27,780 nucleotides of DNA, taken from a virus (lineage: Duplodnaviria > Caudoviricetes). A program made the position numbers and the translations under genes. The stretch spans positions 1 to 27,780 of IMG/VR virus record IMGVR_UViG_3300040971_000056; one strand, 5' to 3'. Below, one piece after another: positions 15,520-25,300 of this stretch (positions within the stretch are counted from its first letter, which is position 1; every line of letters starts with the position of its first letter). A model generated the notes under the pieces. That model made no database searches. It was not told the origin of the DNA and saw nothing but the letters and a program-made list of their open reading frames with translations.

Positions 15520-16551
15520 ATGGCGTTTAAAACACTAATAGGGTTTAGTACCGCCAGTAATGCTATAAGTTTTATGGTTATGCGGGACTGGATGTGTTCA
15601 CTAAATACCGCGCAGGGAAATTTCACTACTTCAGGGGCTGGATGGACCGTTGTTGATTCATTTTACGCGATTAATTCTACTACTATAAGTGTAGACGATT
15701 TTGTGGTTATGACGTCATCTGGTACTAACGGGGCTATGCCCATGTTTATCCGTATTACTTTAACTGCAGACGGACCGGAAATTCGTGTAGCGGCCTCTTG
15801 GAATGTTTCAACAAATGTCGGTAGCTTTGTTGAAACATTTATTAGTACCTCTGACTGGGGGACTCCTACTAGTTTGTATTTGTATGGCTCTCTTAATTTT
15901 GTTGTGATTGTAGCCTCATCTGCATCTCAAGCATTTATAAAGTACGTGGGGGGGATAGAAACTCCTAGAATACCGGTTACTGCTGCGGTATCTACAAATT
16001 CGGTTACTGCGGGGGCGTCTAAAACAATAAATGTAGTGTCAGTTCCTGTTAATTTAACAGTGGGCAAGTCACTAACTATTGTTTCTCCTGACGCGGTGTA
16101 TGCAGAATCTGCTGTAATTACTGCGGCTACTTCTACCAGCGTTACTTTAGATTCTCTTACTTATGCATACCCAACAGGTAGCTTTATTCAGGAAAATCAT
16201 ATCCTCATTGATATAGGACCGGGGGATGCAAATACTGGCTACTTATATGTAGACCACGTAGGCGCGGTAAACAATAGTGTATACAACATAGAAACCTCAT
16301 CGCCTGTGAGGGATTCTTTGGAGTATCTGCCTGTGTTTGTTCCTTGTGTTGTAGTGTCCCAGAGTATACTTAATGGACACCCAGTGTACAATTCAAGTTT
16401 TATGGGTGATGTAAAAGATGTATATATCGGATCAAATGAGGGTACTCCGGGTATTACACATGGTGGGCTGTTTACAGTAGATGGTGTAGCCGGTACTTTT
16501 AGGATGTTTATAACTGGTCAAAGCAGACTAGTGATAATTAAAGAAGACTAA
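15520..16551 (+). CDS. Ser/Thr/Val-rich virion protein, possible tail appendage
   Basis: 343 aa beta-rich ORF, AAGGA RBS. Confidence 0.65.
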   Translation: MAFKTLIGFSTASNAISFMVMRDWMCSLNTAQGNFTTSGAGWTVVDSFYAINSTTISVDDFVVMTSSGTNGAMPMFIRITLTADGPEIRVAASWNVSTNVGSFVETFISTSDWGTPTSLYLYGSLNFVVIVASSASQAFIKYVGGIETPRIPVTAAVSTNSVTAGASKTINVVSVPVNLTVGKSLTIVSPDAVYAESAVITAATSTSVTLDSLTYAYPTGSFIQENHILIDIGPGDANTGYLYVDHVGAVNNSVYNIETSSPVRDSLEYLPVFVPCVVVSQSILNGHPVYNSSFMGDVKDVYIGSNEGTPGITHGGLFTVDGVAGTFRMFITGQSRLVIIKED

Positions 16552-16560
16552 AGGCCCACT

Positions 16561-17292
16561 ATGAGTCGAGTACTACTACGTGTAAGTAAAAAACATCTTA
16601 TTGCCCGTCCTTATGTGGCAGTTGTAGTACCAACTGCGCATTTAACTACCCCCACCCCAGTAGTATTCGGTACCGGCACTGTGCCGATTCCACCTACAGG
16701 TAATATAATTTCTACAGTTCCGAGTATACAAGGGCTAGGGGACGTACCTGAGTTATGCACGGGCACTAGTAGTATTAATGTACCAAGTTCTACAATAGTC
16801 AGCCAGGATTACTGGACTTTGCATAGTGTTACAGCATATGCAGGTATACGTACTCCAGTCTCAGTGTTACAAATTTTTGGATTTGTATCTTCTATTGGGT
16901 ACTCGAACATTGCAGCACCATCACCAATAGTGTCTGCGTACTCTGGAGCCTACGGTAATATTGAGTCGGAGGTAGCCAAAGTGCGCGGTGTTGGTAATGC
17001 CACAGTTTTAGGAATTGGTGCTTTAAATCCTGGTGGCCCCATTATGCGTTCTATAGCAGTAGTTCCTAAAAGGTGCGTAGGACTGGTAAAGTCTAAAGTA
17101 CCTAAAATATCAGCAGTTTCTAATAATACTTCGGGGACCCTTAAAATATTAACTAAGCCAAGTAAGATAACGGCCCAAATGTATAATTTAGTGAACGGGC
17201 TAATATACGTACACCCTTCTATATGCACAACGCGTGGCATTGGTAGCACCGAGTCAGGTTTGGGTGTCATAAAATATGATAGACCGCAGTAA
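16561..17292 (+). CDS. Pro/Ser/Thr/Gly-rich virion protein (hypothetical)
   Basis: 243-aa ORF in the operon. Confidence 0.65.
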   Translation: MSRVLLRVSKKHLIARPYVAVVVPTAHLTTPTPVVFGTGTVPIPPTGNIISTVPSIQGLGDVPELCTGTSSINVPSSTIVSQDYWTLHSVTAYAGIRTPVSVLQIFGFVSSIGYSNIAAPSPIVSAYSGAYGNIESEVAKVRGVGNATVLGIGALNPGGPIMRSIAVVPKRCVGLVKSKVPKISAVSNNTSGTLKILTKPSKITAQMYNLVNGLIYVHPSICTTRGIGSTESGLGVIKYDRPQ

Positions 17293-17303
17293 TTGGAGAC
17301 TTT

Positions 17304-18782
17304 ATGGGAAATTTTGTAGACGGAAATAGCATAAGTATAACTTTACCCTCGCCAGCGGCCCCACAAGGATTTGAAGGTGACTGGAATGACGGAGTTTTTA
17401 CAAACCTGAATGATACTGAAGCTCTAGTTACTGATAAATTCAATGCTACTATGGAAGTGGCAAGTAACATGCTAGAAAGCCTTACTGGGTCTAGTGGGTA
17501 TTTGGAACAACTTTCAAATATAATAGACGAGATAAATGTACCGGATATAGTGTACTCCCCTGTAGTAGTTCCGGATTTTTCGGTATCAGGAGTTTCGGCA
17601 CCGGTGTTTGATTCGGGATCTTTGGATTTAGTGTTCCCATCTTTCTCAGCCAGTTCCCCGGTTCTCCTAGCTATACCAGCGGTAGATTTATCTGCTCTTG
17701 AACCCGCTGAGTTGCCTGCAGAGATAGCTACAGCAATATCATGGATTGAGCAGCCACATAATGCTGAATTATACTCTATTTTATTAACTAGAATTTTAAA
17801 TGATTTACAAAATGGGGCAACAGGTTTAAATCCAATTGTTGAGCAAGAGATATATGATAGAGCCCTAGCAAGGCAGGTAATTGCTGATACCAAAGCTGAA
17901 CAAGAAATTTTTGATTCATTTGCGTCTCGTGGCTTCCCCCTTCCCCCTGGTGCGTTAGCTGGCAGGCTACAAGAGCAAGTAAATGAGTCTGCTAGGATGA
18001 TGCTAGAGGTCAATGGTAAAATACTGATTGAGCAGGCAGACTTAGCCCAGAAAAATAGCCAATTTGTTATCCAGGTGGCAAAGGACTTAGAAGCTGTTCT
18101 TCGGGATTTTACTAACAAGGTAAACGATCGCAGTTTGGACTATGAAAAAGCTGTAGCCGCTAATGTTATCACTATATACGCTGAGAACATAAAAGCTTAT
18201 ATTGCGGCAGCCGAAGCTAATAAAATGTACGTAGAAGTACAAGTAGAAAATCTTAAAGCCATAGTAGAATACAATAAAGGCTTAGTAGCTTCTTATGCAG
18301 CCGAAGCTGAGGCTTTTGGGGCCGTAATAGATGGTAAGTCTAAAAAGAACTCCGCAATAACTGATGTGTATAAATCTGAGATAGCCGGTTATGAAGTGGA
18401 GTCACGAGTACTCACCGAAAACCAAAAAGCTATTATAGAGGGGTACAAATTAAAAATTCAAAATGCCCAAGCAGAACTTAGCGCGGCTATCGCTGAAGTT
18501 GACGCGGCAGTTAAGGGGTATACAGCTGAATACGGTTTAAGGGAAAAAGTTGCAGAGGCTCTTACCAATGTTGCATCGCAAACTATTGCTTCGGCATATG
18601 GGGCCGTAAATGCCTCTGCTGGTATTAGTTTTAATGGTGGTATGAGTAAAAGTGAGTCCTACGGGCATAATGAAAGCCGATCTGAGTCCTGGGGACATAG
18701 CGAATCTATATCTGGTAATCTTAGTGTAAGCTCAAGTTTGTCTAATGATCTTAAAGAGTCTCACGACTACCAAGAGAAATAA
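17304..18782 (+). CDS. Coiled-coil virion protein (tail needle or ejection-type, hypothetical)
   Basis: 492 aa, SRGFPLPPGAL motif, long Ala/Glu heptad region, Ser-rich C-terminal repeats (SESYGH/SESWGH). Confidence 0.75.
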   Translation: MGNFVDGNSISITLPSPAAPQGFEGDWNDGVFTNLNDTEALVTDKFNATMEVASNMLESLTGSSGYLEQLSNIIDEINVPDIVYSPVVVPDFSVSGVSAPVFDSGSLDLVFPSFSASSPVLLAIPAVDLSALEPAELPAEIATAISWIEQPHNAELYSILLTRILNDLQNGATGLNPIVEQEIYDRALARQVIADTKAEQEIFDSFASRGFPLPPGALAGRLQEQVNESARMMLEVNGKILIEQADLAQKNSQFVIQVAKDLEAVLRDFTNKVNDRSLDYEKAVAANVITIYAENIKAYIAAAEANKMYVEVQVENLKAIVEYNKGLVASYAAEAEAFGAVIDGKSKKNSAITDVYKSEIAGYEVESRVLTENQKAIIEGYKLKIQNAQAELSAAIAEVDAAVKGYTAEYGLREKVAEALTNVASQTIASAYGAVNASAGISFNGGMSKSESYGHNESRSESWGHSESISGNLSVSSSLSNDLKESHDYQEK

Positions 18783-20638
18783 TGGTTATACCACCAAGTC
18801 TCAAATTTTCTGGTAATAAAGACGCAGGTAAAAGCTGGATAAAGTTTGGTTTAGCTCAACTTGCTATCCTGCAGAACCAGATGTCTTTCCAGAAGTTGAA
18901 GCAAGCGCGGCGGGTGGTATCTCCAATTCACGGAGTTGTTGTCGAGTGCTTTGAGCGGTTCGGAATGGGCGAAATTAGAATCTATGTACAGCCGTTTAGT
19001 GTTTTAGAGACCCCAACTGAAAGTCTCAATTACACTACTGGACATTATGGGCAATCAGATACTGTTAGTTACAAGATTGGATACGCTTTTAGAGTAGACT
19101 TAACTAGGTACACATTGTATGACAGACTTATATTATGGGCAGCCTCCGCCCCGGTGTTAAAAAAGACTTATTTTAACCAGGCAGTGGAAGAAAAATATTA
19201 TAACTCTAGCCTTGTGTCTGGAACAATAAAATTTGATGTAAACATTGGTTTAGGGGTTGTATACTATCCAGACCCAAGCACTCTCACCGAAGTAGAAATT
19301 TCAGCTTTGTTGGCTGAGGCCGCATCAGTTGTACAGAACATGAGTATTCCAGTTGATTATTTATTTAACTCTGGGGTTATAACTGCACCAAGAAAAGTAT
19401 CCACTTGTACTGATTGTAGATTAGCATCTACGGAAACAACATCCGGTTACCCGTCGTATGAGTTTTTTTTACATGAGCAGGGTACTAATTGTTCACCTAT
19501 ACCATACTTGGCTTATGTATCAAATACTTGGCCACGCATTGAAGATGTTTCTACTGTTAACTACGGATCTCAGTACTGCTATAGTGTAGGACAAATGCTG
19601 GCGTCTTCTACTGGCGGTACTATTAATGCTGGTGGCGGAGTAGTGTATACTTATGGATCCTCAACCCCGCTAGTGGAGCACGATCTTACAAAAACTGTAC
19701 GGGGTGGCTTGTGGTTTGCCCCAATACAGGGAACTTTACTTGAAGGATCTAGCCCTTTTTTTATTATTCATAACTACGGGGTTAGGTACTCGGATAGGGT
19801 GACCACAAGTTCCTCCGGGTACGATTTTAAAAGAAGTACTGCGTATAGATCATATAATAATGAAAACACCGCCGAGGTGTATGCCGGAATGGGTTTCTTT
19901 GAGGACTCTATAACTCTTCCGGGGGTAGTTACACCAGTAGAAATAGTTTTAGGGGCCGAATACCTAGTGAGTACTTCTAGTTTACCTGGGTGCTATGAGT
20001 ACCCGGATGTATTTAACACCTCGAAAGGTACTTTTTCACTTAGATACTTAGACTACTATGCGGGACCCACTTCTGATCCTATAGACCCCGCGTTAACTTC
20101 TTTAATTGGAATACCTAGTGTGCCTAGTAGCATATTTGGACTTGCCAGGGAGTTTATACCGTCTTTAGAAAGCTTTTCGGAACATGACATTCTAAGCAAT
20201 TTTACGGTTGGGCCTATTAACTTTATAGCCCTAACCCATTGGGCCGATTACAGACAGGTGTTACAGGCATCAGTTTCTCACGCGGGACCCCCTCCCGCGT
20301 ACTCGGGGGTTATTAGTTGTAATGGTACATTAAACTATGAACGTACTAAATATAATACTGCTGGGTTTATTATATACTTTTTTAGCCCACCAAAATTATC
20401 TTGGGTAGACTTAGATGACACCGTTAATTATTGGTCTATATATGATGAAAAAGAACCAGAAGGCCTAATAAACAGCAACAGGTGCTTAATACTAGAAGAG
20501 TACATGAACTCTGTTGTACTTCAGGTGCAAGAGTACCTAGATCTTTACCCAGGGATTACTAAAAAAGATTATGATTTACCCATGGCGTATTCTATCGACT
20601 ACTATGGCGGTATATCGGGTAAATTTGTTTTTAAGTAA
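18782..20638 (+). CDS. Large Tyr/Ser-rich virion protein, possible receptor-binding
   Basis: 618 aa, TAATG coupled to the upstream gene. Confidence 0.7.
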   Translation: MVIPPSLKFSGNKDAGKSWIKFGLAQLAILQNQMSFQKLKQARRVVSPIHGVVVECFERFGMGEIRIYVQPFSVLETPTESLNYTTGHYGQSDTVSYKIGYAFRVDLTRYTLYDRLILWAASAPVLKKTYFNQAVEEKYYNSSLVSGTIKFDVNIGLGVVYYPDPSTLTEVEISALLAEAASVVQNMSIPVDYLFNSGVITAPRKVSTCTDCRLASTETTSGYPSYEFFLHEQGTNCSPIPYLAYVSNTWPRIEDVSTVNYGSQYCYSVGQMLASSTGGTINAGGGVVYTYGSSTPLVEHDLTKTVRGGLWFAPIQGTLLEGSSPFFIIHNYGVRYSDRVTTSSSGYDFKRSTAYRSYNNENTAEVYAGMGFFEDSITLPGVVTPVEIVLGAEYLVSTSSLPGCYEYPDVFNTSKGTFSLRYLDYYAGPTSDPIDPALTSLIGIPSVPSSIFGLAREFIPSLESFSEHDILSNFTVGPINFIALTHWADYRQVLQASVSHAGPPPAYSGVISCNGTLNYERTKYNTAGFIIYFFSPPKLSWVDLDDTVNYWSIYDEKEPEGLINSNRCLILEEYMNSVVLQVQEYLDLYPGITKKDYDLPMAYSIDYYGGISGKFVFK

Positions 20639-20661
20639 GGATACCACTATAGGAGGCTTAA

Positions 20662-21129
20662 ATGCAAACCGTAAGAACTAACATTAAAAACAACGCATCT
20701 ACCCAGTATACTAATTTTGAGTATAACTCAGTGTGTGTATTCAACGGGAAAGTATTGGGTGCCGGTTCATCTGGGCTGTTTGACACTTGTAATGGTAACA
20801 CAGACAGCGGTATACTAATTAACGCGTACTTTGTTACATCTAATACTAATTTCAAAGATAACGGGTTAAAAAGGTTGTGGTTTTTTATTTTGGGGCTGTG
20901 GTCATCCGGGCCTGTAGCAATAACACCTTTTTACAATGGGGTTGAAGCCAACCCCATAACTGTTGTACCCAAAATTATGAATAGTTTTCACCAAATAAAA
21001 AAGATGTTTAGAGACAAACTTACCAAGTGTACTTATAGTAAGTTTAAATTTTCTAATGTGGCCGGTAGCGATTTTACTGTAGACTCCATAAATGTGTCTA
21101 CTTCATCATCTTCTCAAAGTGGAATGTAA
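20662..21129 (+). CDS. Virion protein (hypothetical)
   Basis: 155 aa, AGGAGG RBS. Confidence 0.75.
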   Translation: MQTVRTNIKNNASTQYTNFEYNSVCVFNGKVLGAGSSGLFDTCNGNTDSGILINAYFVTSNTNFKDNGLKRLWFFILGLWSSGPVAITPFYNGVEANPITVVPKIMNSFHQIKKMFRDKLTKCTYSKFKFSNVAGSDFTVDSINVSTSSSSQSGM

Positions 21130-21130
21130 C

Positions 21131-22390
21131 ATGGCTAATATGACGAGTTTTATGCGTGGTATGGGTAACAACAAAGCGGAGGATTCGTTTAGTTCTGGTT
21201 CTTTGGAAAGAATAAGGGCCATGAAGTTAGTGAATTCCGCCGTCAACCCCAACACAAACAAGGGTGTCGATGGAACTGTTGACAACTCACCAATTAGGGG
21301 GGGCGAGGGTTTTGTAGAGCAAAATTCCCCACCTGTGCTAAATTCATCAGTGGGTAATCGTGTGATGGCGGCTGGCGGGGTAGAATCATTACCGGTTTTA
21401 AACGATCCCCGTTTTGAAGCCATGCGTCTAGGTCAAAGGGGTACTTCCGGTCTTGGGCAAAATCAGGTATTAGCTGGTAGTGGGGACACATCTTCAGTAG
21501 TAGAAAGGCCCACACAAAGAGGTTTTAATGCAAATAAGATATCCGGTGGTTCGATAAGGGATGAACAAACGGGGGAAACGGTGTCTATAACCGGTAGTGG
21601 GGGTGTACAGCGGTTTGATGCAAATGGCAACCCTGTTAGTAGTATTTCTAAAAGGAGTTGGGGTGCGCCTTCCGGGGGAATGCAAACTGCGGATAATGGG
21701 TTGCAAATTTCTGGTGGAAACCCCTCTATGATGCGGCAATTTACTGGTGAAACCAATGCCCTACACAAAGGTGGTATGGAACAGGCCGCAGAGTTGGCGG
21801 CGGTACAGGCCAAAAGGGACGAAAGAGTAGCGGCACAAATGCCGCAAATGCCGGATACTTCGGGGATGTCACCAAGGCAAGAGGCCCAAGCCACCGAAGT
21901 GTATAAAGCGCAACTGGATTCATGGGACAAGTCTAAAACCAGTGATATTTTGGGTGCCCACTATAAGGGCGAGGCCGAATTAAATAAGGCGTCGGCTGAT
22001 GAAAAGAATTTATCTGTTAATTACTCGAAAGAGGTTGATTCCATTAGAAAAGAATTAATGGCCGACCCTAATAATAAAGATCTGGCCATAAAGTTGGAGA
22101 TCGCCACAATGGGTGCTTCTACTGCAGGGAATAAAAAGGATTCCGGTAGTGAACGGGCTAAATTGATCAGGGATGTAATTAAAAATAGCGGCAAAGAAAT
22201 GGGCGAGGAAAAATTATCAACTGAAGAGGCTGCCCAAATAGTTGATGAACAACAGGCTGTTATAGACGGTAAAGATATTACGGAAGAAAAAATAAAGGGA
22301 ATGACCGCATCGGAGAGGGCTGTATACGATGCGTCAACTGATGAGCAAAAAGTTAAGTTTATACAAACTGTTAAATTAAGGAATAAATAA
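21131..22390 (+). CDS. Internal virion / ejection protein (putative)
   Basis: Likely start ATG 21131 (MANMTSF...), 1 nt after the previous stop. Gly/Ser/Gln/Met-rich disordered N-half and helical C-half. Confidence 0.65.
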   Translation: MANMTSFMRGMGNNKAEDSFSSGSLERIRAMKLVNSAVNPNTNKGVDGTVDNSPIRGGEGFVEQNSPPVLNSSVGNRVMAAGGVESLPVLNDPRFEAMRLGQRGTSGLGQNQVLAGSGDTSSVVERPTQRGFNANKISGGSIRDEQTGETVSITGSGGVQRFDANGNPVSSISKRSWGAPSGGMQTADNGLQISGGNPSMMRQFTGETNALHKGGMEQAAELAAVQAKRDERVAAQMPQMPDTSGMSPRQEAQATEVYKAQLDSWDKSKTSDILGAHYKGEAELNKASADEKNLSVNYSKEVDSIRKELMADPNNKDLAIKLEIATMGASTAGNKKDSGSERAKLIRDVIKNSGKEMGEEKLSTEEAAQIVDEQQAVIDGKDITEEKIKGMTASERAVYDASTDEQKVKFIQTVKLRNK

Positions 22391-22392
22391 AA

Positions 22393-25300
22393 ATGGATGA
22401 TGCACAATTCGAAGAGATAATGCGCAAACGGAAACAACCCGTTCAAGCTATCTCTAATGAGAATAGTACACCCGTGTTGCCTAAGCAAATTACTGGTGGA
22501 ATGGACGATGCCGCATTTGAAAAGATTATGGCCGGTAGAAAAAGTGCTACTGGTGTTACTAGTGCTAATTCACGCCAATTGGCTATAGATAAAGCCACTA
22601 CAGAGAGTAATGTGGCTAATAGGGGTAACTTCACCCGTGGCCTTATTGGTGGCACAGATAGTACACAGGGCCTACTTTATGGTGCTGTGGGTGCTGTGGG
22701 TGACGCTGTAGGCAGTGATACGATGAGGGATTGGGGTTTTAAGGGCTACAAAAAGAATATGGCCGAAGCCGCTCTTAACCCCACCGATGTGGCTAACTTC
22801 ACCGATATACGTACCAAAGATGGTATTGCAAACACACTTAAGGATACTGGCAAGTTTATTGCCGGTTCCGCTGGTGAATTGTTACCATCAGTTGCTACTA
22901 CTATAGCTTCTTCGATTGCCGGTTCTGCTATGGGTTCTGCTGCCGCTCCCGGTGTTGGTACTGTAGGCGGCGGTATAGCTGGTGCAGTAGGCGGCGGTGC
23001 AGTAAAGGGATATTTAGCTAAGAAAGCCGAAGGTTATATGTTAACTGAGGCTATGAAGAAACTGGCTGAATCCAAAGGAAAGGATGTAGCAGAAGATTTA
23101 GCCATCAAAACTGCTTATAAATCTTTGGGGGCCAAGGCGGGGATCGTTGCTGGTACCGGGCCACTTGAAGGCGGCGGGATGTGGGGGGAAGACGCTGCTA
23201 AACATGGAGTGGAAAATGCTAACGCCGGTAGTGCCATTGCATTGGGCACGTTATCTGCTGGTACTGAGCTATTTGCTCCCGGTGGTGCTCTGGCAGAAAA
23301 ATTAGCCACTGGCGGTGCTAAAGACTTCCTGAAAGAAATGGGTAGTGCAGCGGGTAAATCCTTATGGAAGCGTTTAGGAATAGAAATACCCAAAGGAATG
23401 GCCGGGGAGTTTGTACAAGAAGCCACCCAGGAATTTATAAGTAAAGTAAATGAAAAGATTAATGATACCACAGGAACAGTAAGTTTAGCCGATAAAGAAG
23501 CAGCCATTGATTATTTAAATGCTGGTGCTAAGGGTGCTGTGGGCGGTCTTGCCTTTGGTGGTTTCAACGCAGTAACTGGAAAGGGTCCGGGCAGTATGCC
23601 CGTAACTACTGAATCTGAAATAGAAAATATCAACAAACTGAAACTGGAAACTGAAGATAATATCGCAAAAAATTATGAGATATTAAATACCGCTGAAGTT
23701 GGCAGTAAACTTCATAGTGATGCGCAAACTGCTATAGAAAATGGTACTAACAAACTGTTATTATATGATAAACAAATATATGACATCAGTAACCCCGACA
23801 TTGAGGGTGCATTTAATAAAATAGACCCGTTTGATAAATACAACGATATTATTGAAAAGTTTAATTCTGGTGCCATTACCGAGGATGATTGGAAAGCCCA
23901 CAAAACCTCTGGAAATAGTACCTTGTCTGAGGATCAAACTAGGGAAGTAGACGACCATGTAGATTTTACAAAGATGGAAAGGGGTGAGTCAATATTCACC
24001 GGGGAATATGATTCGAATCCTGGTATTGATGGTACGGTTGCCGGTACTAAGGATTTATTTACTACTCCCGAGGGTAAAAACCTTAGGAAAATTACTGATG
24101 AAGACGATGACAACACTGCAATACAGTCATTAAATGCTTATGTTAAACTTGCTAGGGGTGAAGAGAATCATACCGATTTGACGCTATCCGAGCATAAGCA
24201 TGATGAATCCGTATATGAATTAGCCAAAACTCTTGGTGTGAGGTTAGTAACATTTGATTCCGACAGCGGTATTAATGGTGCTAATGTTCCTTCTAACAAC
24301 AAGATCCTGTATATAAATTCCAAATCCGATAAACCTGCTCTGTGGGTGCTCGGTCACGAATTTGGTCATCATGTAGAGCAATCAAACCCCAAGTTGTACA
24401 AAGATTTGCTCACCTATGCCGAGGGTATGATGACTGATGAACAGTCGGCTAAACACAGAAAAAATCTGGAGGCCGCTTCTAAAGAGAATGGTGTCGGTTA
24501 CAAGCCAGAACTGGCTAATAGGGAAATGTTTAACGACTTTTGGGGCGACAGTTTCACCGATTCTGGATTTGTAGAAAAGTTGTACCAAAAGAATCCTACC
24601 AAATTTGCCAGTGTAATGCGCACTATTATGGACTATATTGATAGTGTGTTGTCCAGATTTAGAGGGGTGCAGGGCAGTAACCCCGTGTTCACTGACATGA
24701 AGAGTCTGCGAGAAAAATTGGTGAGTGGTATTAATGAACATGTAGGTTATACTGGTGCTATTCAAAGACTAAAAGATGGTAATTTTGTTAATGGCACCCC
24801 TTTAGACTTAAATGCGGACAACAAACATATCACCAATATCGCCATAGGTAAAAAGGCCAGGATGACTGTTAGGGAATCTGGTGATACTATAGAAATAAAA
24901 GAATTGGTGAGGCCGGATATAGCAAAGGCTAATGGTGATGGGGTTCAACTTGAACAAACTACAAAAGAAAGATCCGGTAAACCATTCCCAGACAAGAAAA
25001 CACCTACGGACGCACTAGATGAATTAAAAGCGTACGCACAAGAAAATGGTAAACAGTTGATTTCTTATGGTGGACCAAACAATATATACGCCATACGCCA
25101 AGGGTTTAAGTGGGTTGGTAATAGGGTAGTAGATGGTAAAAAGATAAATTCCGGGTGGGTGTGGGATTCTAAAAATCAATTGCCTTCCAAGGGCAAGGGC
25201 GGCGTTGTCGAGTCTCAGGCTACTGATGGCCGCGATGCAGCCTCCAAGACCGAGGAAAGGGCCACGATGACCCGCGCTGAGGCTATCGATGCCGAGATCG

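Noticed and set aside
17267-18118. 283-aa minus-strand ORF and the other antisense ORFs across 5100-27420
   Set aside because: Shadows of well-supported + strand genes, with no RBS or recognisable motifs.
15520-20638. Diversity-generating retroelement target in tail genes
   Set aside because: No reverse transcriptase and no TR/VR repeat pair seen in the window.
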